A stretch of DNA of 64,000 nucleotides, from positions 1 to 64,000 of IMG/VR virus record IMGVR_UViG_3300032397_000006. The stretch is one strand, 5' to 3'. Positions 47,587 to 55,492 of this stretch are shown one piece after another. The first letter of the stretch is position 1. The number at the start of each line of letters is the position of its first letter. The position numbers and the translations under genes were made by a program. This DNA is from a virus. The notes beneath the pieces were generated by a model. That model did no database searches, was not told the DNA's origin, and saw only the letters and a list, made by a program, of their open reading frames with translations.

Positions 47587-50500
47587 CGCTTCCCCGTTTC
47601 CACAGCGTCCCGGATCGTAGCCCATTCTCGCACGTTGAAGCGTATCGAAGGCTTCTGCGGCGCCGCCCCATGGAAAGCGTATTTACCACTGTTCCGGCGT
47701 GCGAGGGCCTTCCTTCGGCGCCTGGAGGCCTTCACTTCCTTTTCGGTCTGCACGGTCCCGTAGATGCCCTCGAAATCGGGGGACTCCTGCGAAGGGCTGT
47801 AGCGCTGCACGACGTAGGATTTCACGAGAGCTCCGTGGTTGCTCGGGTCGGTCACGAACGCGGCGAAATCTTCGAACGCGACCGCGCGCACTTGCCCCAA
47901 GAATCGAGGATCGTCGTAGTGCGCTTGGTAAGCCTGCACCGCGGCACCGAGATTCGAAAACCCGAGCATGCACTTCTGTTCGTCTACGTGCACGAAGTCG
48001 GGCGACTTGAGCTGATCGATCACGAACACGTAAGGCGCCATCTTGTCGGGCCCGACGTAGACGTCCACGTGATCGCCATCCGTGCCTTGCGTGCGCCGCA
48101 CATAGCCGTAGTCGTGCACCATCTTTGTTTTGCCTGCGCGCTTCGCGTGTGCGTCGTACCAGTGCCGGTAAGATCCTGCCTGGTTTTCGACGCTCACCTT
48201 TAGCCCGCGGAAATCCCGACGCCTGTGCAGCTTGCGCGACTTCTCGAGCGGAGCTTTCAAGCTGTCGATCACTTCTGTAATCGCATCGTCGCTGTCCTCA
48301 ATATGCGCGCCGAAACGCGCGAAAGCCTGCCTGATCGCAGGTTCAATCATGCGCCGCCCCCCGGGCTCGCTCGCGAGCTCTGCGTACTCCTCTCGATATT
48401 CAGCCAGCGCATTGATCGCGTGCGACACTGCTTGCTTTCTGCCCTCAGGCGAAGCAATAGGCTGCAGCTCGTAGGAGCGTTGATCCTCTTTTGATAGAGG
48501 CGCGTCGTAGGTCACGGTGCCGTGCCGAAAAGCAGGATGCTTTCCAATCGAGGAAAATCCTTTAGGCGCTGTGAACGTACCGATCGGCCTATTCTGCATA
48601 CCGTACACGTAGTGCCAGCCTCCCTTACCATCAGGGTGACGCTCCGCGTAAAGGTGCCCCGCTTGCTCCTCGCCCTTTGCCGCTTTACGCAACACGAGCA
48701 GCGCCTTCAATACAGCATCCTGAAACGCGTGGCGCTTATCCCAATCGAAATCGAGCGCGAATTTCGACGGTCTGCCGGGTGTCTCGACGCGCGTATAGAA
48801 ATCCTCAGCTGCGGGCTTATATTCGTAGCCCTTGCCTTTATGGTGCTCGCCCGCGTGTCCGCCCGTCGTGAAATGCATCTCATGCGCTCCGCGGTGCGAA
48901 TGAATTACTGAGTCTTGATTAAACTGCTTTCCGAGCGCGCGCATAACACCAAACTCGCTAGGCGAATCGTGGTGCACCATGAAGGCATTACTTTTCTGCG
49001 GCTTCGCGCTCTCGTGATGCACGATAAAGCTCGCCTCACGCGAACCATAATGCCCCTCGACCTCGGTATAGCGGAGCTTGCGCTTTTTCAGCTCGCCTCG
49101 CAGGCGTTCGTGTCGCGCTTTGAATTCCGCGTGATCCTCAGACATGTCCTTTTCGCGCGCGTCGTTTCCGTTGCGACCTGCGCTGATAATCGAATAGGTG
49201 CCGTGCTCGAGCAGATCGTCCAGCTGCGGACGCGTGAGACGCACCTCGCCCGCGGGTTTGCGTGGAGGTCTGTCGCTCGGGTGCCCGGGCAGATCATAGC
49301 CGTAGCGCCAGCCTCCCTTACCGTCTGGCGTGCGGCGCACGTACTTGTGCCCCGGACGCTCGCCTTCGCTGCCCTCGCGCGCTTTACGGATCGCTTCGCC
49401 CCACGGAATGATATGCATACTTTTCTCCGTACCCTCTGCGCGGGCTTTGACGGCTGCGTAAGTGTCAGGGTGCACCGCAGGCGCATCGCCATCGTCGCGC
49501 GTCGCGTTGCCCTTCATGTCCACGCCCAGCCACATTCGCCAGTGTCGATCAAGCTGCCCGATCGAGGAAATCACTCCGGGCTTAGCGAGCAGTTCCTTTG
49601 CCATCTTTTCGCGCTCGGCCTTCGGCAGCTTGCTCGCGTGATACTGCTCGACCTCGAGTTTCTGTTGCTGCTCTGCGGCAACCTTGTCCTGCGCTGCGCG
49701 CTTCGCTTGCGCCGCTTCGCGTTCGGCCTGCGCGGCTGCCTCGCGTGCTGGAGCGCCCGCTTCCCACTCCGCTTGCTTTTGCTTCTCTGCAGCCTTCGCG
49801 GATTTCTTTTCAGCCTCTCGCCGCGCTTCGCGTTCGGCCTCGACCTTCTCTGTCTCGTGCGGCAACGAAATACGATGGCGCTTGAAAGCATCCGGATCCG
49901 GATCGCCGAGCTCCCCTTGTGCTTCCTGAATCGCTGCTGCGGGGACCTGCAAATCATCGCGTGCCATCACGAGCGTTTCTTCTTCGCCCTCGTACGCACC
50001 TAGATCAGCCTCGTGCTCCGCGTGAAACAAGACGGCTTCAACAGGCACGTCGAGCGTGACCACGGCGCCGCGCGTTGCGTACTGCGTGCCGAAGTCGTGC
50101 GCGCTTTCGTGGTCGCTGGTCCAGCTCGACAAGCTGCGCACTGCAACGGGAACGGTGCCGCCCTGCGCTTGCTTCGCTTGCTCGACAAGGGCCTTACCCT
50201 GGTCGTGCGCAATGCCGCGATGAATGCGCACTGTGCGCTCGCCCTTGGCAGCGAATAGCGCCTGCGTCGCTGCGTACTGCCTGATCGCCATCGCTTCGCA
50301 GTCGTCGATTTCCTTTTTCGAGATACGGGACGCACGCGTAACCGCTTCTGCAAACGTACGCTTTTCGTCTGCGCTTGCGCGACCTCGAGCGATCTTGCCG
50401 ATCAACGCGAGTTGTGGCGTGGTTTTCGTCATCCATTCATTTCGCCAAGCGTTACGCACGTGTGACTCGTCGGAATGATCGGCGAAAGCATCATCCGTGT

Positions 50501-52835
50501 GGGAAATGCCTTTCATGGACGCGGCGAGCGCTGCGATTTTCTTTTTATGCGCAGGCGACATGCCGAGATCAGGAGATACCGCGTAAGTGTTCTGCGCTGC
50601 CGGCGTGCGCACGCCCTTACTGTCCTCGTAGAAGTAGTTATGCCCGCCCTTACCATCGGGCTCACGGCGAATGTATTTGTGTCCCGGGCGCTCGCTGCCT
50701 TCGCTCTTTTTCAGTTTGAATCTGGCGAGCACTTCTGGCTTGCGCATTACGCGCTCGATCGGACGCCCAAAACGGTCAGTATCTTCTCCCTCCTCGGATG
50801 ATTGCGAGCCCAGCAGGAGGGCGTACTTTCCTTGATAGGCTTTTGCGTGATCTAATGCCCGCGAGACGTCGCTACCGTCTCGGCTACCTAGATCAATTGC
50901 GCTAGTCCCGTCGAGAACATCATCCGTAGGTTCACCATCCTCCCAGCGGCGGGACTCTGCTAAAATAGAACCGACCTCAGGTGGATCTGCGTCGTCAACA
51001 ATGCGCAAGCCGATCGTATGAAATTCAGGCGCATATTCTTTCAGTATCGACTTCACGGCGTCTATGTGCAACGGCGAGATGTCAGTTCTCTCGCGCTGCT
51101 TGAGTCTATCTTCGAATTGGAGGTCGGAGAATTGCCGCGTAGGCGCGAGCTCGCGCACTTTCGCAACATGCTCGCGCAGCTGATCGAGCGACATCGCGCC
51201 TTCATCGAAAGTCGCGAATAAATCGAGGCTCAAGTCGAGCGCGAGGTGCGGCTCAATCTGAAAATCAATTGCGCGTAGCCCTTTGATCTTGGTGTTGAGC
51301 TCTGCTGCTGCACGCTTACCGATCGGCTGCACGTAGCCGATATCGATCATCTTCGGTTTATCGCCCTCGATCACGAATGAGTTTTCCTTGAATTCAGGCG
51401 CTGTGAATTCGTGCTCGCGCAGCACCTTCGCAATCGTCTGGTGCGCCTCCCACAAGCCTTTCGAACCCCACCCCCCGGGTCTGCCCTCGACCTCAGCGCG
51501 CACGAGCGTGTCAGTGTCCGCGTCGTATTTTTCGAACGAGGGCACGAGGTCTTTCGTGCGCGGATCCTTGCTCAGCACCTCGAGAGCGTGCGCTTCATTC
51601 TTGCGCGAGCTCACGCCGCGGCGACCGACCTTGTACGCGGAGGCTCCATCCGTGAACACGATGCCCTCAGCGCCCGCCCCTAGCAGGCTCAGGGTGCCCG
51701 CTCTCGCGCCAGCCTTCACGGCACGTGCCGCAGCCTGCGGGAGCTCCGCGTGGACGGCGGCAGGCGCGTCCTCGAGTAACTTTGCGACGTCGACCTGTTC
51801 CGGGCGCTCCAACTTTTTCAGCGCTTCGGCCAGATCCTGATCAATGACCAGCTTACCGAAGGCGTCGGCATCCTTGCGGAGCGCGTGCGACATATCGATC
51901 AACTCGAGTGCGAATTTGTCCCGTTGCGCGTCTTGCTTCGGCGGGAACTTCAACACGTGTCGTAGCTGCGCTTCCCACTCATATTCGAGATTCGCGCCGC
52001 GAGGCGTGTAACGCTGTCCATTGCGTGCGTACAGACTCTCAAGTCCGTCGAGATCACTCTGCTGCGGAGACAGATGCCGGTAGCCGTCGTAGGGCTCCGC
52101 CTTGCCCGCCTTGCCTACGTCGAACATGAAGGCCTTACCGTCGTCATCGACACCGATCTGCGGCGTGTCGCCGAGCACGTAGCCGGCTTTGTGCATCGCG
52201 AGCACCGTATCGTGGGCCGCGTCGAGCTGCTCTAGCGTGAGCTTGTCGGGAATGCCGAGATAGCGCTTGATCGTGTAGCCGCGCCCGTCGTGCTCCACGA
52301 AGCGCTCAGGCAGTAGCCCGGGCACTCCGGCATCGCGGAGAGCTTGCTGTGTCTCGTGCTGCTCGCGTGCGACCTCGACAGCTTTCTGCGCTGTCTTGTA
52401 CCAGGGGTTTGACGGCTGATAGGGGACAACCGTGCTGACTTTGACAACGTTGTCCCCTGACTTGAAAACAAGACCGTCGTCGCCCTTACCAAGAAACTCG
52501 GCAGTACCTCCGGTCACGGCGTCGATATCCGGATCTCCGCTTTTCTTATCGCTGACTACGCGGCCTTCTAAATCATCCTTGTACATAGCAAGCGCGTCGT
52601 GCGAAATCTTGTGCCCGTAGCCAGGCACCGTCGCGTGAAAGCCGACGCTCGCGTGCGTGTCGTCGGAATCAAATACTTTCCATTTGAGCGTGCCGCGCAT
52701 TCCGAGCTTTTCGTGCGGCGTAATGTCGATCTCATGCCCCGCTAAATAGCGATAGAGCCAGCCGCCCTTACCATCAGGATGGCGCTCGAGATACTTGTGC
52801 CCCTCTACGGTTTCGCCCTTGGCTGCCTTCTGCAT
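47583..52835 (-). CDS. Large polyvalent protein (1750 aa): two kinase-like domains, ADP-ribosyltransferase, SAM-lyase-like, DarA-C-like and pyrophosphatase-like domains, four GHKY-PDGKGGW motifs
   Basis: LGKGDDGLVF..VVK; LGAGAEGIVF..AYK..MIDIG; IHRG..SSWT..GEEE; YSIISA..GHY..E.SF..FNQDSVI; NRPIG..PKG..HG.V.Y..PL..YELQPI; DYGYVRRTQGTDGDHVDVYVG..DEQKCMLGF. Confidence 0.8.
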   Translation of the reverse strand: MQKAAKGETVEGHKYLERHPDGKGGWLYRYLAGHEIDITPHEKLGMRGTLKWKVFDSDDTHASVGFHATVPGYGHKISHDALAMYKDDLEGRVVSDKKSGDPDIDAVTGGTAEFLGKGDDGLVFKSGDNVVKVSTVVPYQPSNPWYKTAQKAVEVAREQHETQQALRDAGVPGLLPERFVEHDGRGYTIKRYLGIPDKLTLEQLDAAHDTVLAMHKAGYVLGDTPQIGVDDDGKAFMFDVGKAGKAEPYDGYRHLSPQQSDLDGLESLYARNGQRYTPRGANLEYEWEAQLRHVLKFPPKQDAQRDKFALELIDMSHALRKDADAFGKLVIDQDLAEALKKLERPEQVDVAKLLEDAPAAVHAELPQAAARAVKAGARAGTLSLLGAGAEGIVFTDGASAYKVGRRGVSSRKNEAHALEVLSKDPRTKDLVPSFEKYDADTDTLVRAEVEGRPGGWGSKGLWEAHQTIAKVLREHEFTAPEFKENSFVIEGDKPKMIDIGYVQPIGKRAAAELNTKIKGLRAIDFQIEPHLALDLSLDLFATFDEGAMSLDQLREHVAKVRELAPTRQFSDLQFEDRLKQRERTDISPLHIDAVKSILKEYAPEFHTIGLRIVDDADPPEVGSILAESRRWEDGEPTDDVLDGTSAIDLGSRDGSDVSRALDHAKAYQGKYALLLGSQSSEEGEDTDRFGRPIERVMRKPEVLARFKLKKSEGSERPGHKYIRREPDGKGGHNYFYEDSKGVRTPAAQNTYAVSPDLGMSPAHKKKIAALAASMKGISHTDDAFADHSDESHVRNAWRNEWMTKTTPQLALIGKIARGRASADEKRTFAEAVTRASRISKKEIDDCEAMAIRQYAATQALFAAKGERTVRIHRGIAHDQGKALVEQAKQAQGGTVPVAVRSLSSWTSDHESAHDFGTQYATRGAVVTLDVPVEAVLFHAEHEADLGAYEGEEETLVMARDDLQVPAAAIQEAQGELGDPDPDAFKRHRISLPHETEKVEAEREARREAEKKSAKAAEKQKQAEWEAGAPAREAAAQAEREAAQAKRAAQDKVAAEQQQKLEVEQYHASKLPKAEREKMAKELLAKPGVISSIGQLDRHWRMWLGVDMKGNATRDDGDAPAVHPDTYAAVKARAEGTEKSMHIIPWGEAIRKAREGSEGERPGHKYVRRTPDGKGGWRYGYDLPGHPSDRPPRKPAGEVRLTRPQLDDLLEHGTYSIISAGRNGNDAREKDMSEDHAEFKARHERLRGELKKRKLRYTEVEGHYGSREASFIVHHESAKPQKSNAFMVHHDSPSEFGVMRALGKQFNQDSVIHSHRGAHEMHFTTGGHAGEHHKGKGYEYKPAAEDFYTRVETPGRPSKFALDFDWDKRHAFQDAVLKALLVLRKAAKGEEQAGHLYAERHPDGKGGWHYVYGMQNRPIGTFTAPKGFSSIGKHPAFRHGTVTYDAPLSKEDQRSYELQPIASPEGRKQAVSHAINALAEYREEYAELASEPGGRRMIEPAIRQAFARFGAHIEDSDDAITEVIDSLKAPLEKSRKLHRRRDFRGLKVSVENQAGSYRHWYDAHAKRAGKTKMVHDYGYVRRTQGTDGDHVDVYVGPDKMAPYVFVIDQLKSPDFVHVDEQKCMLGFSNLGAAVQAYQAHYDDPRFLGQVRAVAFEDFAAFVTDPSNHGALVKSYVVQRYSPSQESPDFEGIYGTVQTEKEVKASRRRRKALARRNSGKYAFHGAAPQKPSIRFNVREWATIRDAVETGKR

Positions 52836-52850
52836 GGGCGAGAGCGTAGC

Positions 52851-52888
52851 AAAAGGCCTGACACGCGTGCGGTTTGAATGTCAGGCCC
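52851..52888 (-). terminator. Terminator-like hairpin separating the accessory genes from the polyprotein operon
   Basis: Minus strand GGCCTGACA...TGTCAGGCC followed by TTTT. Confidence 0.55.
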
Positions 52889-52899
52889 GGGGGAAGCTG

Positions 52900-53199
52900 T
52901 TATGTAACCTCAACTGCCCGGCAATTAAAACAGCACACCGAGAACACCTGAGGGGCGGGCGCAACCCGCGCGCATAAACCCGGAGTAGGTTTTGCCCTAA
53001 TGGCACAGCGCTTATATTGCCTGGTGTGTATGGATGCGGCAAACCGCGTTTCAGCGCGCGGGCGCAAGTGGCAAGTGACGTGGCGCGGCTGTGGGCTGAT
53101 CTCGCAGTGCTGCGGCGTAGCTCGGTCTATTTTCGAAGGTGGCGGCAAAGCTCCCGCGAAAACGAGAAAGCAAATCAGCAGTGCGAAGATCAGCGCCAC
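52900..53199 (-). CDS. Possible small membrane/secreted protein
   Basis: Hydrophobic N-terminus; otherwise weak. Confidence 0.3.
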   Translation of the reverse strand: MALIFALLICFLVFAGALPPPSKIDRATPQHCEISPQPRHVTCHLRPRAETRFAASIHTRQYKRCAIRAKPTPGLCARVAPAPQVFSVCCFNCRAVEVT

Positions 53200-53299
53200 G
53201 CGTTGATCCGTACACGAAGGGAGGCTGCGCTGTCTAGTCGATCAGTACGGGCCGATTATCCCCGTGCGGTCTGTGTTAATTGCAGAGGCGTTTTTGCGT

Positions 53300-54040
53300 T
53301 CAGAGCTCGTCGAGCGCGATATGAGCCGCTTCGTGATCGGGCAGCCCTTGCGAGACGAGGCGGTAAAAATCACTCAGCAGTTTCGGCGCCAGTATGCGCG
53401 ACGAGTAAGAAATCATGTAATCAGCCCACGTATCGTAATCGCTAGGCACCGTCGCAAATCCTGTCCATTCCATATGGCAGCCGCGGCAGTGGAAGCGCCC
53501 TACCGCACACGCGCTCGAGAGCGAGATATGAAGGCAGCGCTCGTAAAGCTCCTCGTGCAGATGCCGGTACTCGACTTCGCGCCCTTCGCTCAGCGCAGCC
53601 TTTATGGCCATTTGCATACCAGGAGAAACACCTCGATCCCTGTAAACAACGTGTGCCGCAGAGGCCGCACGAGCCCAGGCAAAGCCCGCATTCATACCCT
53701 GTGCACGCTCGCCCGGATCGAGATCGTCGAGCGCCTCTGTGTACATCTGGTGCGACGCGAAAGGGGCCTCGCCACGCAGGATGCTGTCTCGAATACAGCG
53801 CTGCAGATATTCCCTATTCGCTGCGACGTCTACAGCTTTATTCTCTGTCGCACCGCTCGCGTAGGGACTCTCGATCACTACGAGCCTAGGCACGCGCGGC
53901 ACAACGAGCGTTTCGCTCGGCAGCGGTTCACCCAGACAGTTAACAGCGTGCGTCTGCTCCATCCGAGACAAGCGATAGTCAGGATCGACGATGGAGTAGT
54001 AAATAGAGTTGCGACATTTTTTGCAGATGAAGTGAGCCAT
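53300..54040 (-). CDS. Conserved phage protein, nucleoside deoxyribosyltransferase-like fold suspected
   Basis: LVVIESPYA...RGEAPFASH.MY...LDD..P.ER..G...G.AW...VY.D.G.SPGM; flanked by Cys motifs. Confidence 0.55.
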   Translation of the reverse strand: MAHFICKKCRNSIYYSIVDPDYRLSRMEQTHAVNCLGEPLPSETLVVPRVPRLVVIESPYASGATENKAVDVAANREYLQRCIRDSILRGEAPFASHQMYTEALDDLDPGERAQGMNAGFAWARAASAAHVVYRDRGVSPGMQMAIKAALSEGREVEYRHLHEELYERCLHISLSSACAVGRFHCRGCHMEWTGFATVPSDYDTWADYMISYSSRILAPKLLSDFYRLVSQGLPDHEAAHIALDEL

Positions 54041-54453
54041 TACGCCTCTTTTGATAACCAATATTTTCGCACCACGCGAGGCGACACACCGAGCTCACGC
54101 CCCGCAGCGCGTGCCGAACCTGAGTGCACTCGGATCCTGCGAATAAGCGACGAGGGCAGTTTCTTGCACGCGCGCTTGTCCTCTTTCGATCGTGTGTTCT
54201 GGAATGACGCGGGTACCTTACGCGGCTGATCTGTACGCCCGTGCTCGAGCAGCCACGATGCCAAAGGCATGCACGCGAAACCCTCGTTGATCACCCAGCG
54301 TGTCTCGAAATCATCCTCGCTGATTAGCGCGGCGACCGGACGCACGACTACTTCGACACTTCCGCGTGTACCTTGGTAATGCCAGCCGAAACCATTTCGC
54401 ACCGCGCACCATTCCCAGTCCGGAGCTCGCTCGCGAAGGTAGGCCGCGTTCAC
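54040..54453 (-). CDS. Hypothetical protein, possible C-terminal HTH
   Basis: GTGA-coupled start; GSARAAGRELGVSPRVVRKY. Confidence 0.4.
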   Translation of the reverse strand: MNAAYLRERAPDWEWCAVRNGFGWHYQGTRGSVEVVVRPVAALISEDDFETRWVINEGFACMPLASWLLEHGRTDQPRKVPASFQNTRSKEDKRACKKLPSSLIRRIRVHSGSARAAGRELGVSPRVVRKYWLSKEA

Positions 54454-54725
54454 GGTATCGACTCCGCGTCCCATATAGGTTCGAACGAAGTAATTCCTAC
54501 CCTGAAACGATAAAGCTCGCCGCTAGCAGCACGCACTGATATCGGCTGTCCTTGCCCTTGCCCTGTGGCGATCTCCCTTCCGTGGTCAGCGCAATACAAC
54601 TCCTCGCGCAGGCCCTCAGTATCCTGTTTTGCGTACGCGATCGCCGCGTCGTAGGGCTCCTCAACAAAAAACTCTTTCGCGTCCGACTCGTCCGCATTTA
54701 GCTCATCCCACACTCGATAAATCAT
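54450..54725 (-). CDS. Hypothetical protein
   Basis: ATGA-coupled start (MIYRVWD). Confidence 0.5.
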   Translation of the reverse strand: MIYRVWDELNADESDAKEFFVEEPYDAAIAYAKQDTEGLREELYCADHGREIATGQGQGQPISVRAASGELYRFRVGITSFEPIWDAESIP

Positions 54726-55039
54726 ACGCTCTGATTCCCTTCGCTCGGCATAAATGACAGATCGATAGCGCAATCGCCGTGCCCCACTGAAAGCGTCCAC
54801 GCAACGCGCCCGTGATTCTTTTTCTCAGAAGCACCCACGACAATAATCGCGAACGTGCGCGTGATAGCGGCGACGACAAGAGACGGATCGGCAACACGCT
54901 CAGCCCAGGGGACACAAATCAGATCCATGTCGCGCCCGAGTGTCCCGTGTATCGCTAACGCGTAACCATAGGAACGCGCGATCACAGCGAGCTCCGGATA
55001 AAGCGCGCAGTACACGGGCGCGTAGGTCGGATCTTTCAC
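54722..55039 (-). CDS. Conserved phage protein, nucleotidyltransferase-like motif
   Basis: GYALAIHGTLGRDMDLICVPW (G[ST]..xDxD-like). Confidence 0.55.
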   Translation of the reverse strand: MKDPTYAPVYCALYPELAVIARSYGYALAIHGTLGRDMDLICVPWAERVADPSLVVAAITRTFAIIVVGASEKKNHGRVAWTLSVGHGDCAIDLSFMPSEGNQSV

Positions 55040-55275
55040 GGCTCGTCTCCCTGCTCCTCCGCTAGCTCGGCCTCGACTTGCGCGAGAATCCGATCGAGCA
55101 AGAGTTTCGTTTCCAGCAGCGCATTACGCTGCATGCTCGAACCCCACACTCCCTCAAGCGACGTCTGCGAAATGTAGTGCTGCATTAATTCTTTCACTGA
55201 TCCGAACACGTCAACCTTTACGGTGCTCGGACTGTGAATAATCAGAGTCACGTGACCTTGCTTGATCATTCCCAC
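55036..55275 (-). CDS. Hypothetical protein
   Basis: 79 aa in the gene run. Confidence 0.45.
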   Translation of the reverse strand: MGMIKQGHVTLIIHSPSTVKVDVFGSVKELMQHYISQTSLEGVWGSSMQRNALLETKLLLDRILAQVEAELAEEQGDEP

Positions 55276-55279
55276 GGTA

Positions 55280-55480
55280 TTACTCCCATCCGATCGGCGC
55301 GCAGACGCACACCTGTTCGTACTGAGTCACAACAAATTCCGGACGCAGGCCTAGCGGGCATTTCGTACGCGCGCATTCGCGATGCTTATACGTCAAGCCC
55401 GCCACAGCACCGATTATCGCGACGATTAGGACGATCCAGATCGCGACGAAATACTTTTTAGTCGCTTGTACGCTGTCCAT
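55280..55480 (-). CDS. Small membrane protein with Cys-rich tail
   Basis: One hydrophobic helix, then C...CP...CVC. Confidence 0.55.
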   Translation of the reverse strand: MDSVQATKKYFVAIWIVLIVAIIGAVAGLTYKHRECARTKCPLGLRPEFVVTQYEQVCVCAPIGWE

Positions 55481-55492
55481 ACGGCGGAGCTC

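Larger units (their letters stand above)
40949..52835 (-). repeat. Twelve dispersed copies of a ~90-bp / ~28-aa coding repeat (K[AS]...GHKYxxRxPDGKGGWxYxY)
   Basis: Approximate copies: 40949-41045, 43100-43189, 44407-44499, 45607-45696, 46000-46089, 46276-46377, 46858-46947, 47410-47499, 48603-48689, 49296-49388, 50628-50711, 52746-52835. Confidence 0.95.

Noticed and set aside
43384-47625. Read-through or frameshift joining the large ORFs into one giant protein
   Set aside because: The junctions are ordinary ATGA/GTGA coupled overlaps (47583-47586 and 43384-43387).
40960-49325. AAGGGAGG inside some tag copies as internal ribosome-binding sites
   Set aside because: Present in only three copies and I saw no consistently placed start codon after it; explained by Lys-Gly-Gly codons.
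40949-52835. Dispersed repeat considered as a CRISPR array or a diversity-generating retroelement repeat
   Set aside because: Copies are in-frame coding, irregularly spaced from under 300 bp to about 2 kb apart, and vary at synonymous sites; no cas or reverse transcriptase gene is in the window.
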